The position numbers and the translations under genes were made by a program. Positions 7,613 to 16,772 of a stretch of DNA of 64,000 nucleotides are shown here, piece by piece. The notes beneath the pieces were generated by a model. It ran no database searches and was not told the origin of the DNA. It was given only the letters and a program-made list of their open reading frames with translations. Position 1 is the first letter of the stretch; every line of letters starts with the position of its first letter. The stretch is from assembly GCA_041664945.1 (NCBI GenBank), contig JBAYJY010000001.1, forward strand, positions 5,976 through 69,975. The letters are read 5' to 3'. Source of the DNA: a bacterium (GTDB lineage: Bacteria > UBP15 > UBA6099).

Positions 7613-8611
7613 ATGGCTGAAAAAAAGGAAACGGCGGTGTTGGAGGTCGCGAGTCAGGACGAAGCGCTCGGGCTGTTCGGCCACCGCGATGAAAATTTAA
7701 GATATATCGAACGCGAGATGGGCGTGACGTTGGCGTTCCGCAACGGAGAAGTGACAGTGAGCGGCCCGCGCGCGGCGGGGATAGCCGAGCTGATGAGACA
7801 CATGCTGGACGGCTACCGTTGCGGGAGGAAGGTGACGAAGTCCGACATCAAGTACGGGATGATGTTGCTGAAAGAGGGCGACGACGGGCGCGACCTAAAG
7901 GCGGATCTGAACATCAGGCTGGTTGACGGGGCGGGGCGGGCGATCAAGCCTCGGAGCCCGAGGCAGCGCGATTATCTCGAGGCGATGTCGAAATACGACA
8001 TGGTGTTCGCGATCGGGCCGGCCGGGACGGGAAAAACCTATCTGGCGGTCGCTGTTGCGGTAAAGCATCTGCTTGAGGAGTCGGTTAAGCGGATAATCAT
8101 ATGCCGGCCCGCGGTTGAAGCGGGCGAGAAGCTGGGTTTTCTGCCGGGCGATATGCAGCAGAAGGTGGACCCGTACCTGAGGCCGATATACGACGCGCTG
8201 TTCGGGCTTATGAGCGCGGACCGGTGCGCGCGGCTGCTGGACCGCGGGGTTATAGAGATTGCGCCGCTGGCGTACATGAGGGGCCGCACGCTGGATGACG
8301 CGTATGTAATAATGGATGAAGCGCAGAATACGACTATAGAGCAGATGAAGATGTTTCTGACGCGACTGGGGCCGCGCTCGCGAGCGGCGGTCACGGGCGA
8401 TATCACGCAGATCGATCTGCCGGCGGACAAGGCTTCCGGGCTTGTGGATGCCGCCGAAAGGTTGCAGGGCATAAAGGAAATACGGTTCATACGATTCTCG
8501 CGCCGGGATGTGGTGCGCCACGATCTTGTGGCGAAGATAATCAAGGCGTACGAGGAAAAGGACCGAAAAAACGATATGGAAGAAGACCAAATTGCCGGAC
8601 AAGAAGACTAA
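7613..8611 (+). CDS. phoH: PhoH-family ATPase (YbeZ-like)
   Basis: Walker A GPAGTGKTYLAVAVA. Conserved position upstream of pgpH-ybeY. Confidence 0.9.
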   Translation: MAEKKETAVLEVASQDEALGLFGHRDENLRYIEREMGVTLAFRNGEVTVSGPRAAGIAELMRHMLDGYRCGRKVTKSDIKYGMMLLKEGDDGRDLKADLNIRLVDGAGRAIKPRSPRQRDYLEAMSKYDMVFAIGPAGTGKTYLAVAVAVKHLLEESVKRIIICRPAVEAGEKLGFLPGDMQQKVDPYLRPIYDALFGLMSADRCARLLDRGVIEIAPLAYMRGRTLDDAYVIMDEAQNTTIEQMKMFLTRLGPRSRAAVTGDITQIDLPADKASGLVDAAERLQGIKEIRFIRFSRRDVVRHDLVAKIIKAYEEKDRKNDMEEDQIAGQED

Positions 8612-10748
8612 AACGAAATTACCGAGCCTGGAAGACAGGCGGCAGAGAAACAGGGCGTTCATACTGCTGCGGCTGATGAGGCGGGCGAGGAATCCCCGGT
8701 TGCTGGCGGCGCTGGCGCTGTATCTGGCGATTTGCGGGGCGATGCTGCCGCGATTTTTCAGCGGATTTTCGTACCGCGAAGGCGACATAGCCACGGCGAA
8801 CTTCCAGTCGCCGGCGGCGATGGAATACACGGATGTTGAGGCGACCGAAAAAGCGCGGGAGAAAGCGGCTGCCGTGGCAGGCGCCGTCTTCAGGCTGCAA
8901 CCGAACTTCCGCCGCGATATTGAAAATATTTTCGCGCGGATTCTGGAGCTTCAGCAGTCGGATAACAAGGATTCGGACCGCAAAAAAACGTCGGCTTACC
9001 TATCCGAGTACGGACTTGGCGACGAGTCGATAAATATATTGCTGGGGTTGAAGACGGACCGTCCGGTTCGGTTGCGGATGAACGTTTACGACGTTATTAA
9101 CAGCTTGGCCCGGGATGGAACGATAGACGAGAAGTCGTTGCTTAAGATAGACAGCGACGTTGAGCGCAGCGCCCGGAGAATCGGCGTTGAAACGGCATTG
9201 ATTCCGGTCGTGCAGGACATAATCAGGACCGCGACGAAGATGAATCTGGTTACTGACCGGGAAGCGACGGAATTTCTCGCGAAGCAGGCGATGGACTCCA
9301 TCGCGCCTGTCAAAAAGCGGATAAAAGAAAATGAAATGGTGGTTCGCGAGGGCGAGAAGATTTCCGCGCAGCACCTCGCCGTAATGCGCGCTCTGGGGCT
9401 TTTGAAGTCCGAGCTGTCGTTGGCGCGCATGTTCGGATACGCGCTGCTGATAGCGTTTGCGTTCTTTGTGGTCGGCATATATCTGAAGACATTCGTCCTG
9501 CGCATTTACCGCGACGACAAGCGGCTTCTGATATTTTTCATAATCGTGCTGATAGCGGCGCTGCTGGCGGTTGTGATTGAGCGGACGCCTGTATTCTCGA
9601 AGTATCTCATAGGCGTGCCCGCGGGGATGATGACGATTCTTACCTGCCTGCTGCTGACCCCGACGACCGCGATGTTTGCCGTGCCCGTGCTGATTCTTGT
9701 GGTTTCGGCCGTGCTCGGTTTTGACACCGGGCAGTTTCTCGTCGCGCTTTTTGCGTTTCTCGCGGCGTACTTTCATTCGGTGCGGACGCAGGACCGTGAC
9801 AGCCTGCTGAAGGCGGGCGTGTCGATCTCGGTCGCCAGCATGGCGATCATTCTCGTGATGACGCTCGTGCGGTTCACCGATATTAAACAGGCTCTGCTGG
9901 ACGTTTTTGTGTACGGAGGCCTTACAGGGCTGCTTTCATTCGTGCTTGCGACCGGATTTCTGCCTGCGTTCGAGAGGCTGTTCAACGTAACGACGCCGCA
10001 CAGGCTGCTTGAACTGTCGAACCCCGAGGAACCGCTTCTGAAGAGGCTGTTGATCGAGGCGCCCGGCACCTATCACCATTCGATACTTGTCGGCAACCTC
10101 GCCGAAAGCGCGGCGGAAGCGGTCGGCGCGGACGCGCTTCTCGTTCGGATCGCTTGTTATTACCACGACGTCGGAAAACTAAAAAGACCGTATTTTTTCA
10201 TAGAGAACCAGTTGCACGGAGTCAGCCAACTGAACGATATGGCGCCTACGCTTGCCGCGCTCGTGATCTCGTCGCATGTGAAGGACGGGGTCGAGATGGC
10301 GCAGGAAAACGGAATCCCGGACGAGGTTGTCGACGTTATCGCGGAGCATCACGGCTCGTGCATGATCTCGTTTTTCTACCAACAGGCTCAGGCTGAGGCG
10401 AAAGACGGCGCGGGGCTGCAGGAAGAGCGGTTCCGCTATCCGGGGCCGAAGCCGTCGCGGATCGAATCGGCGATCATGATGCTGGCCGACTCCAGCGAGG
10501 CGGCGATCAGATCGCAGAAAACGCCGACTCCGAAATCAATCGAGAGCACGGTAAATTCGATATTCGAGACCCGGCTGATAGACGGCCAGTTCGACGACTG
10601 CAACGTGACGCTCAAACAGCTTGGCGATATAAAGATGTCGATAATGAAGACTCTGGCGCGGGTCTACCATTCACGGATGGAATATCCGGATCTGGAAGAT
10701 CTCAAGCAGCACAAGGACCATGCCCCGCGCAGAAACGGAGACCGTTGA
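8592..10748 (+). CDS. pgpH: 7TM-HD membrane phosphohydrolase (PgpH/YqfF family, putative c-di-AMP phosphodiesterase)
   Basis: Extracytoplasmic N-domain, about 7 TM helices, HD domain (HHSILVGNLAE..CYYHDVGK..EHHG). Confidence 0.85.
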   Translation: MPDKKTKTKLPSLEDRRQRNRAFILLRLMRRARNPRLLAALALYLAICGAMLPRFFSGFSYREGDIATANFQSPAAMEYTDVEATEKAREKAAAVAGAVFRLQPNFRRDIENIFARILELQQSDNKDSDRKKTSAYLSEYGLGDESINILLGLKTDRPVRLRMNVYDVINSLARDGTIDEKSLLKIDSDVERSARRIGVETALIPVVQDIIRTATKMNLVTDREATEFLAKQAMDSIAPVKKRIKENEMVVREGEKISAQHLAVMRALGLLKSELSLARMFGYALLIAFAFFVVGIYLKTFVLRIYRDDKRLLIFFIIVLIAALLAVVIERTPVFSKYLIGVPAGMMTILTCLLLTPTTAMFAVPVLILVVSAVLGFDTGQFLVALFAFLAAYFHSVRTQDRDSLLKAGVSISVASMAIILVMTLVRFTDIKQALLDVFVYGGLTGLLSFVLATGFLPAFERLFNVTTPHRLLELSNPEEPLLKRLLIEAPGTYHHSILVGNLAESAAEAVGADALLVRIACYYHDVGKLKRPYFFIENQLHGVSQLNDMAPTLAALVISSHVKDGVEMAQENGIPDEVVDVIAEHHGSCMISFFYQQAQAEAKDGAGLQEERFRYPGPKPSRIESAIMMLADSSEAAIRSQKTPTPKSIESTVNSIFETRLIDGQFDDCNVTLKQLGDIKMSIMKTLARVYHSRMEYPDLEDLKQHKDHAPRRNGDR

Positions 10749-10751
10749 AAA

Positions 10752-11189
10752 ATGGCTACAGTTCGAATAAAGAACCGGACGCGGACGGACATTAAGCTGA
10801 AGCCGCTGAGCGAATTCGCGCAAAAAGCGCTTGAAGCCACGCGCGAATGGCGGGACGCGGAGCTGTCCATCACGTTCGTGGGCGACCGGGCGATGCAGGA
10901 ACTGAACGGTAAGTGGCGCGGAAAACCGCGCCCGACAGACGTTCTGAGCTTTCCAATGGACGAGCCGGCGGCGCCCGGCGGCCTGTTGCTGATGGGCGAC
11001 ATTATAATCGCCCCGAATCAGGCCCGCGAGGATGCCGCCGAGGAGGGCGCGACGCCGGCCCGCAAATTCCGCGAATTGATTATGCACAGCATATTGCACC
11101 TCATGGGTTTCGACCACGAGACCTTGGCCGACGCGAAAAAAATGGAAAAACAACGGATTGCGCTTCTCAAAAAGGCGGGTCTCGGATAA
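10752..11189 (+). CDS. ybeY: rRNA maturation RNase YbeY
   Basis: HSILHLMGFDHE zinc-binding motif. About 145 aa. Confidence 0.9.
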   Translation: MATVRIKNRTRTDIKLKPLSEFAQKALEATREWRDAELSITFVGDRAMQELNGKWRGKPRPTDVLSFPMDEPAAPGGLLLMGDIIIAPNQAREDAAEEGATPARKFRELIMHSILHLMGFDHETLADAKKMEKQRIALLKKAGLG

Positions 11190-11917
11190 TGTCGATCTTC
11201 AACGGCAACGGCAGCGAGGAAAGCCGGCATCCGGCCAAGATGCTCATGAAGGTGGCCGACAGCTTCCGCTATGCGTTTAACGGGCTGTTCCACGTTCTGT
11301 TGACGCAGCGCAACATGCGTTTCCACTTTTGCATGGCGATCTGGGTCATGAGCTTCTCGATAGCGCTGCGGCTGACAGGTTTCGAGAAAGCCTACCTTTT
11401 TATAGTTATCACGTTTGTGATCTCGATGGAAACGCTGAACACGTGCATCGAAGCGTTCACCGATATCGTGGCGCCGACTTATCACGAGAAGGCGAGGATA
11501 GCGAAGGATACGGCGGCGGCGGCGGTGCTTGTCGTGAGCATCGGGTCGCTGATGTCCGCCGGTTATCTGATGCTGCCGCCATTTTTTACGGCGGTCGCTG
11601 ACGCGGGGTGGTGGACGATTCACGGACGCGAGATGCTTGCGATCGGCGTGATTGTCGTCGCGGCGCTCGGATTCTGGGGAACGCAGGTGCTGCGCTGGCC
11701 GATGATTCTGATGGAGGCGCCTGCGGGCGCGGCTTCGTCGTTCGCGATCTGTTTTTTAGGACGCGTCGGGCAGGACTGGCTCTCTTTCGTGGCGCTTCAG
11801 TTTTTCTCGATTCTTCTATTTCATTCGCTTGGCAGGAAGCGCGAATCGGTCAGGCTGGCCGCGGCGGTGCATGTCGCCGGCATAGCGGTTTACGCTATCG
11901 CGCGCGTTGTTTTTTGA
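11189..11917 (+). CDS. dgkA: diacylglycerol/undecaprenol kinase DgkA with an extra C-terminal multi-TM extension
   Basis: The DgkA core (FRYAFNGL..RNMRFH..ISMETLNTCIEAFTDIV..AKDTAAAAVL) occupies the first ~125 aa, followed by ~115 hydrophobic aa. ATG 11189 overlaps the ybeY stop (TAATG). Confidence 0.75.
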   Translation: MSIFNGNGSEESRHPAKMLMKVADSFRYAFNGLFHVLLTQRNMRFHFCMAIWVMSFSIALRLTGFEKAYLFIVITFVISMETLNTCIEAFTDIVAPTYHEKARIAKDTAAAAVLVVSIGSLMSAGYLMLPPFFTAVADAGWWTIHGREMLAIGVIVVAALGFWGTQVLRWPMILMEAPAGAASSFAICFLGRVGQDWLSFVALQFFSILLFHSLGRKRESVRLAAAVHVAGIAVYAIARVVF

Positions 11918-11983
11918 TGGGTTCTTTTCACTTCCGCTTCAATTACAATTTGAGTATGATGGTTTTATGACCGGAGCGGCGGC

Positions 11984-13369
11984 ATGGCGGGATATATAGA
12001 AAAATCGGATTCGTCGGCCGCGCAGGCGCGGGCGCTTGCGGCTGCGTTGCGGGGCGAGCATTTCGATATGTACGGCCTCGGGTTCGCTGCGCGGAGCGCT
12101 GCGCGCTGGTTCTCGTGGGCGCCGAAAGACGCTTTGCGATTTGCCTCACGATTCGCTTCGGGACGCATCGGGACTCCGCAGTCTGAAGCCGGGCGCGTCG
12201 ACACCGAGGACATGGCCAATTGGGCCGCCGGGCTCTATCCCCAAAAAGAATATGGAACATTATTAATCGGCGCGCCGAGCGGCGGCGTCAGCCATATCGG
12301 CTCGATTCTCGACGCGCCTTTCCTTACGACTCATTTTCTGATCTGTTTCAGCGATTTGCGCAATGTAGACGACGTTTACACGACGGTGATGCGGGCGCGC
12401 CGGCTCGCGCTGCAGATCACGCGCAACAATCCGGACCTGCACGTCGTCGCTCACTACGATCCTGTGCATGACCGACCCGTGCTGGTGTTCATCAACCATC
12501 TGCGAGCAAAGCTGCTTAACGTGCCGCGCGCCTACGACTCGTTCATTTCGCGGAACCTGAAACCGGGCGGAACGCTCGTTCTCATTCAATGCGAATACCC
12601 GTGGCTGCAATACAGAATCCGGCCGCGCGTTTCGTTTCAGGTGGGCGGCCTTGGCGGGATTTCAGACGCCGATTATCTCGGGGGCAGCGCCGAGATCCGG
12701 GATTACCGGGCGCGGCAGGGCGGAGTGAGCGGCGGCGACGGCGGCTGGCGTTTGAAGGGAAGCCGTTATCCGCTCGAAAGAATGCCGGAATCGGAGTGGG
12801 GCGCCATGCCTGAGTTCGGCGACGCCGTGCGCGATTACGCAGACCGCAAGGGTATCCGGCTTCTCACGCTGACGGCTGACCACCCTGAGCGGTTCAGCGA
12901 ACTCGCGTTCGAGCTTCACAGAGAGGCTTCTCGCCGCGACGGCGTCGAGCCTGTCTATCTTTTCGCGGATTGTTTCAATCAGCTCGATCCTTGGGCGAAC
13001 CTGCGCTCCCGGTGGCTGCCTCTCTGGCTGCCCTATTATTGCAACCGCTCGTTCGAGTTCGCGAGCAGGATTCTGCGCCGCGTTCCGGAAGACGTTCAGC
13101 TTATGTTCACGATGCACCCGTCGCTGGCGGACCCGTTCGACATGACGCCGCTCGCGGACTGGATCAAACTGATGTCACGGGGCGGCAAGCCGGTTCTTTT
13201 CGGAATCGACCCGGAGCGGTTTCCTTATGACATAGGGCATATAGTGGATTTCGGGAATCAGACGCGGAAGTTCAGCGAGATGAATCCGGACCCGGTGCGA
13301 ACGAGGCTCGACGCAGAGGACCTTGAGGCGACGGCGAAGGAAATCGGAATTAGGACGGAGTGGAGTTAA
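11984..13369 (+). CDS. hypothetical protein (461 aa, no recognisable domain)
   Basis: Long ORF with the same GC-rich third-position codon pattern as its neighbours. No signal peptide or TM helix seen. Confidence 0.5.
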   Translation: MAGYIEKSDSSAAQARALAAALRGEHFDMYGLGFAARSAARWFSWAPKDALRFASRFASGRIGTPQSEAGRVDTEDMANWAAGLYPQKEYGTLLIGAPSGGVSHIGSILDAPFLTTHFLICFSDLRNVDDVYTTVMRARRLALQITRNNPDLHVVAHYDPVHDRPVLVFINHLRAKLLNVPRAYDSFISRNLKPGGTLVLIQCEYPWLQYRIRPRVSFQVGGLGGISDADYLGGSAEIRDYRARQGGVSGGDGGWRLKGSRYPLERMPESEWGAMPEFGDAVRDYADRKGIRLLTLTADHPERFSELAFELHREASRRDGVEPVYLFADCFNQLDPWANLRSRWLPLWLPYYCNRSFEFASRILRRVPEDVQLMFTMHPSLADPFDMTPLADWIKLMSRGGKPVLFGIDPERFPYDIGHIVDFGNQTRKFSEMNPDPVRTRLDAEDLEATAKEIGIRTEWS

Positions 13370-13446
13370 CAGGCAACAAAATAAAGTTTATTATAATTGA
13401 TGAAGTCAGGCAAGATTGAAAAAGCGACAACGAAGGAGGGGCGTAT

Positions 13447-14397
13447 ATGAACGACAAATACACGAGACGGGATTTTATCGGAAAAGCGGCGGTCACGGGG
13501 CTTGCGCTGTACGGCATGAGTTTCGCGGGTTGCAAGAGCGGGTTTTCGCGGACGCTGGCGCAGGGTCCCCGGGAGCGGCGGGCGAACGGGCTGAAGAAGG
13601 GCGTGTTCGTTGCGCGAGGCTCGTCGGACCCAGCCAAGCTTACGCGCTCGGCGGTTGACGCGGCGGGCGGCATGGGCAAACTGGTGAAGCGCGGCGACAT
13701 TGTAGTCGTGAAACCGAACATCGGATGGGACCGCTCGCCGGAGCAGGCGGCGAACACCAACCCGGCGGTAGTCGCGGCGCTGGTGGCGATGGCGCTCGAA
13801 GCTGGCGCGAAAGAGGTGAAGGTGTTCGACCGGTCGTGCAATTCGGACCGCCGCACGTACAAGCGCAGCGGCATAGCGGCCGCCGCTGAAAAGGCGGGCG
13901 CGAAGGTTAGTTTTGTCGACGAATCACGTTACGTTTCCGTCACCATTCCCGGCGCGCGCGCGCTGAAGGAGTGGATGCTAAACCGCGACGCGCTCGAATG
14001 CAATGTCTTCATCAACGTGCCGATCCTGAAGGATCACGGCGCCACGCGGATGACCGCGGGCATGAAGAATCTGATGGGAATAGCGGGCGGCGAACGCGGA
14101 GCGTGGCATGTGGGCGAACTGGACCAGCGCATCGCCGACGTTCAACTCGCAATCAAGCCGGACCTCGTCGTGATCGACGCTTTTCGCATTCTCACGGCGC
14201 ATGGCCCTCAGGGCGGCAGCCTCGACGACGTGAAGGAGCTAAAAACAATCGCTGTGTCCACGGATATTGTCGCTGCGGACGCTTATGCGGCGAAGCTGTT
14301 CGGCGTTGACCCGAAGGATATCAAGCACATACGCATAGCCGAAGAGATGGGGTTGGGCAGCATGAAGCCCGTCTCGCTGAAGGAAATAAATGTTTAA
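13447..14397 (+). CDS. DUF362 domain protein with twin-arginine (Tat) signal
   Basis: RRDFIGKAAVTGLAL Tat motif. DUF362-like blocks VVVKPNIGW, NPAVVAALV, PILKDHGATRMTAGMKNLMG, VIDAFRILTAHGPQGG. RBS AAGGAGG. Confidence 0.75.
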   Translation: MNDKYTRRDFIGKAAVTGLALYGMSFAGCKSGFSRTLAQGPRERRANGLKKGVFVARGSSDPAKLTRSAVDAAGGMGKLVKRGDIVVVKPNIGWDRSPEQAANTNPAVVAALVAMALEAGAKEVKVFDRSCNSDRRTYKRSGIAAAAEKAGAKVSFVDESRYVSVTIPGARALKEWMLNRDALECNVFINVPILKDHGATRMTAGMKNLMGIAGGERGAWHVGELDQRIADVQLAIKPDLVVIDAFRILTAHGPQGGSLDDVKELKTIAVSTDIVAADAYAAKLFGVDPKDIKHIRIAEEMGLGSMKPVSLKEINV

Positions 14398-14447
14398 GAA
14401 AATAACGAAAGCCCGCTTTTGCCTCGCGCAACGGCGCATTTAATCTA

Positions 14448-16772
14448 ATGATTCGATTTCGACGCATCACGCAGCTCGTTTCTTTGTTCCTGTTTCTTCT
14501 GTTTCTCACGTTCACGGTTTATCCGCTGATATTGCCCGGCGAGGTTGTTAACTTCTACGTGCAGCTTAGCCCGCTGGAGGCGATCGCGACGTGGCTCAAC
14601 ACCGGCAGGTTCATAACGATGTTTCTGTATTCCGCCGGCCTGATAGCGCTCACATTAGTATTCGGCCGTTTTTTCTGCGGATGGATCTGCCCTATGGGAA
14701 TCACGCTGGACGCGACCGACCGCGCGTTGCGGCCGAGCCACGGCGACGACTCGAAGGAACCGCTTCGCTGGAAAAGAGCGAAATACGGGGTCCTGATCGC
14801 GACTCTTTTCGCGGCGTATTTCGAGGCGAATCTCGCCGGATGGCTGGACCCGCTTTCGATCATCACGCGGACTTACTCGCAGGTTGTCCTTCCTTCGGTT
14901 GAATTCCTCTCGCATTTATTTTTCAGGGGACTCTATCCGATTCCGGTGGCCGGCCCTCTCGCTGAGCGCGCGCATTCGCTGCTCAAGGCGACAGCGTTTG
15001 CTCCTCAGCAACAGATGTTCCACGGCATGGCGGCCACGGCGTTGATTTTTCTTGCGATAACGCTGCTCGTCTATCTCAACCGCCGTTTCTGGTGCCGGTT
15101 CCTGTGCCCGCTCGGCGCGCTGCTCGCTCTTGTGTCGCGGGTGTCGCTGTTCAAGCGGGTTGTGGACGCCGACCGTTGCGTGAAGTGCAACAAGTGCGTG
15201 AAGAACTGCCGGATGGGCGCGATACTCGAAGGCGGAACGCAGGATTACCTGGGCGAATGCATAGAGTGTTTCACATGCCAGTCGGTGTGCCCGAAGGATG
15301 CGGTGAGTTTCCGGGCGGCGCCGAAGGGCGCTGCGGCGGCGACAGCGCGAGTGAATCTGTCGCGGCGCGGGTTTCTTGCCGCTACCGGGCTCGGACTGGC
15401 GGCTGTGCCGATGGTTCGCCTTTCGACGGGTCTCAGGCAGCGCGGAGTGATACGGCCGCCGGGAGCGGGCGACATAGACCGCTTCATGCAGACGTGCGTG
15501 CGCTGCGGCGCCTGCCTGCGTGTTTGCCCGACTAACGGCCTGCAGGCTTCGTGGTTCGAAAACGGCGTCGAGGGCCTGTGGTCGCCTGAGCTGATTCCGC
15601 GAATCGGTTATTGCGAGTTCAACTGTACACTGTGCGGACAGATATGCCCGTCCGGCGCGATTAAAAAAATGGATGAGAAGACGAAGCAGTTGACGATCAT
15701 AGGGCTAGCCGCGGTGGATCACAACCGTTGCATTCCGTGGACACGCGAGGAGAACTGCATCGTGTGCGAGGAACACTGTCCGGTTCCGCAGAAGGCGATA
15801 AGGCTGATGCCGGCGACAGTGACAAACGCGCTCGGCGAGAAAATAGAAATCAAGCGGCCCTATATAGTGAAGACGGAGTGCATAGGCTGCGGAATCTGCG
15901 AGACGAAATGCCCGGTGAGCGGGCCGGCGGCGATCCGGGTTGCGGGAGCCATGCCGCAGGAGCGGAAACGCAAGTCGGTCGGCCAGAGCGGCATCTCGTC
16001 CCTGTTGCCGGACGCGTTCGGCGCATGGAAGGCGACGGAAGCCGCGCGAACGTTCGAGCAGGACAAACTGTTCGACTTCATAAACGGCGGCGCTGAGATT
16101 TATTACGAATACGGATTTACGCGCGCCGCCAATCGCGAGTATGCGAAAGGCGAGGAAACCGTCCTCATAGACGTATACGAGATGGCCGGCGCCGAATCGG
16201 CATTCGGAATTTTCTCATACGAGCAGGCTTACGGCGGCGAGGACTGCGGCGCCGGAGACAGTTGCTCTTATTCATCGGGACAACTCGTGTTCAGGCAGGG
16301 CGCGTATTACGTGAAGGTGAATTATGACGGCGCTTCGAAAGAGAAGCCGATAGTCGAGGATTTCGCGCGTCGGATATCGGAGCTGATCGGGGACAAGACG
16401 GCGCCGCCGTCCGTTCTATCGATTTTGCCCGCAGGCGCGGACGCGAAGAAGGCGACGCTCGTCGCCGGTCCGCTAACGATAAGAGGATTCTATCCGATGG
16501 GAGACGCGGACTGGGCGGGGTTCAAGAAGGGCGTTCGCGGTCTGTTTTACGCTGACGCGCAGGGAGTGGGCATGACAATCCGGTTCGCGGACGACGCGGC
16601 GGTAAACGCGGCCGCAGCTGCGCTGGATAAGGTTCTTGCCGGCCTTGGTTTTAAAAAAGCGGCGTCGGCGGAGACCGGCGGCGCGGTTTATAAAAACGAA
16701 AGTGTTGTAATAACTGCGGCCGCGCCCTATAAAGGACCGGATGGTTGGCTTTTGACGCTGCGGGTGAAATGA
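14448..16772 (+). CDS. NapH-like membrane polyferredoxin (multiple 4Fe-4S motifs) with a ~250-aa C-terminal domain of unknown function
   Basis: TM helices with CGWICPMG and CRFLCPLG motifs. Several CxxCxxCxxxCP clusters. An internal RRGFLAATGL motif. The C-terminal part has no Fe-S motifs (LFDFINGGAEIYYEYGF..). Confidence 0.75.
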   Translation: MIRFRRITQLVSLFLFLLFLTFTVYPLILPGEVVNFYVQLSPLEAIATWLNTGRFITMFLYSAGLIALTLVFGRFFCGWICPMGITLDATDRALRPSHGDDSKEPLRWKRAKYGVLIATLFAAYFEANLAGWLDPLSIITRTYSQVVLPSVEFLSHLFFRGLYPIPVAGPLAERAHSLLKATAFAPQQQMFHGMAATALIFLAITLLVYLNRRFWCRFLCPLGALLALVSRVSLFKRVVDADRCVKCNKCVKNCRMGAILEGGTQDYLGECIECFTCQSVCPKDAVSFRAAPKGAAAATARVNLSRRGFLAATGLGLAAVPMVRLSTGLRQRGVIRPPGAGDIDRFMQTCVRCGACLRVCPTNGLQASWFENGVEGLWSPELIPRIGYCEFNCTLCGQICPSGAIKKMDEKTKQLTIIGLAAVDHNRCIPWTREENCIVCEEHCPVPQKAIRLMPATVTNALGEKIEIKRPYIVKTECIGCGICETKCPVSGPAAIRVAGAMPQERKRKSVGQSGISSLLPDAFGAWKATEAARTFEQDKLFDFINGGAEIYYEYGFTRAANREYAKGEETVLIDVYEMAGAESAFGIFSYEQAYGGEDCGAGDSCSYSSGQLVFRQGAYYVKVNYDGASKEKPIVEDFARRISELIGDKTAPPSVLSILPAGADAKKATLVAGPLTIRGFYPMGDADWAGFKKGVRGLFYADAQGVGMTIRFADDAAVNAAAAALDKVLAGLGFKKAASAETGGAVYKNESVVITAAAPYKGPDGWLLTLRVK

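Noticed and set aside
10913-11188. N-terminal extension of the dgkA ORF (track start 10913)
   Set aside because: It overlaps the ybeY coding frame with Arg/Gly-rich nonsense. The ATG at 11189 overlapping the ybeY stop gives a normal DgkA N-terminus.
13370-13446. Sigma-54 promoter expected upstream of the DUF362 cluster because of the adjacent NtrC-type regulator
   Set aside because: No GG-N10-GC arrangement with correct spacing was found (GGCAAG..GCG is spaced too far apart).
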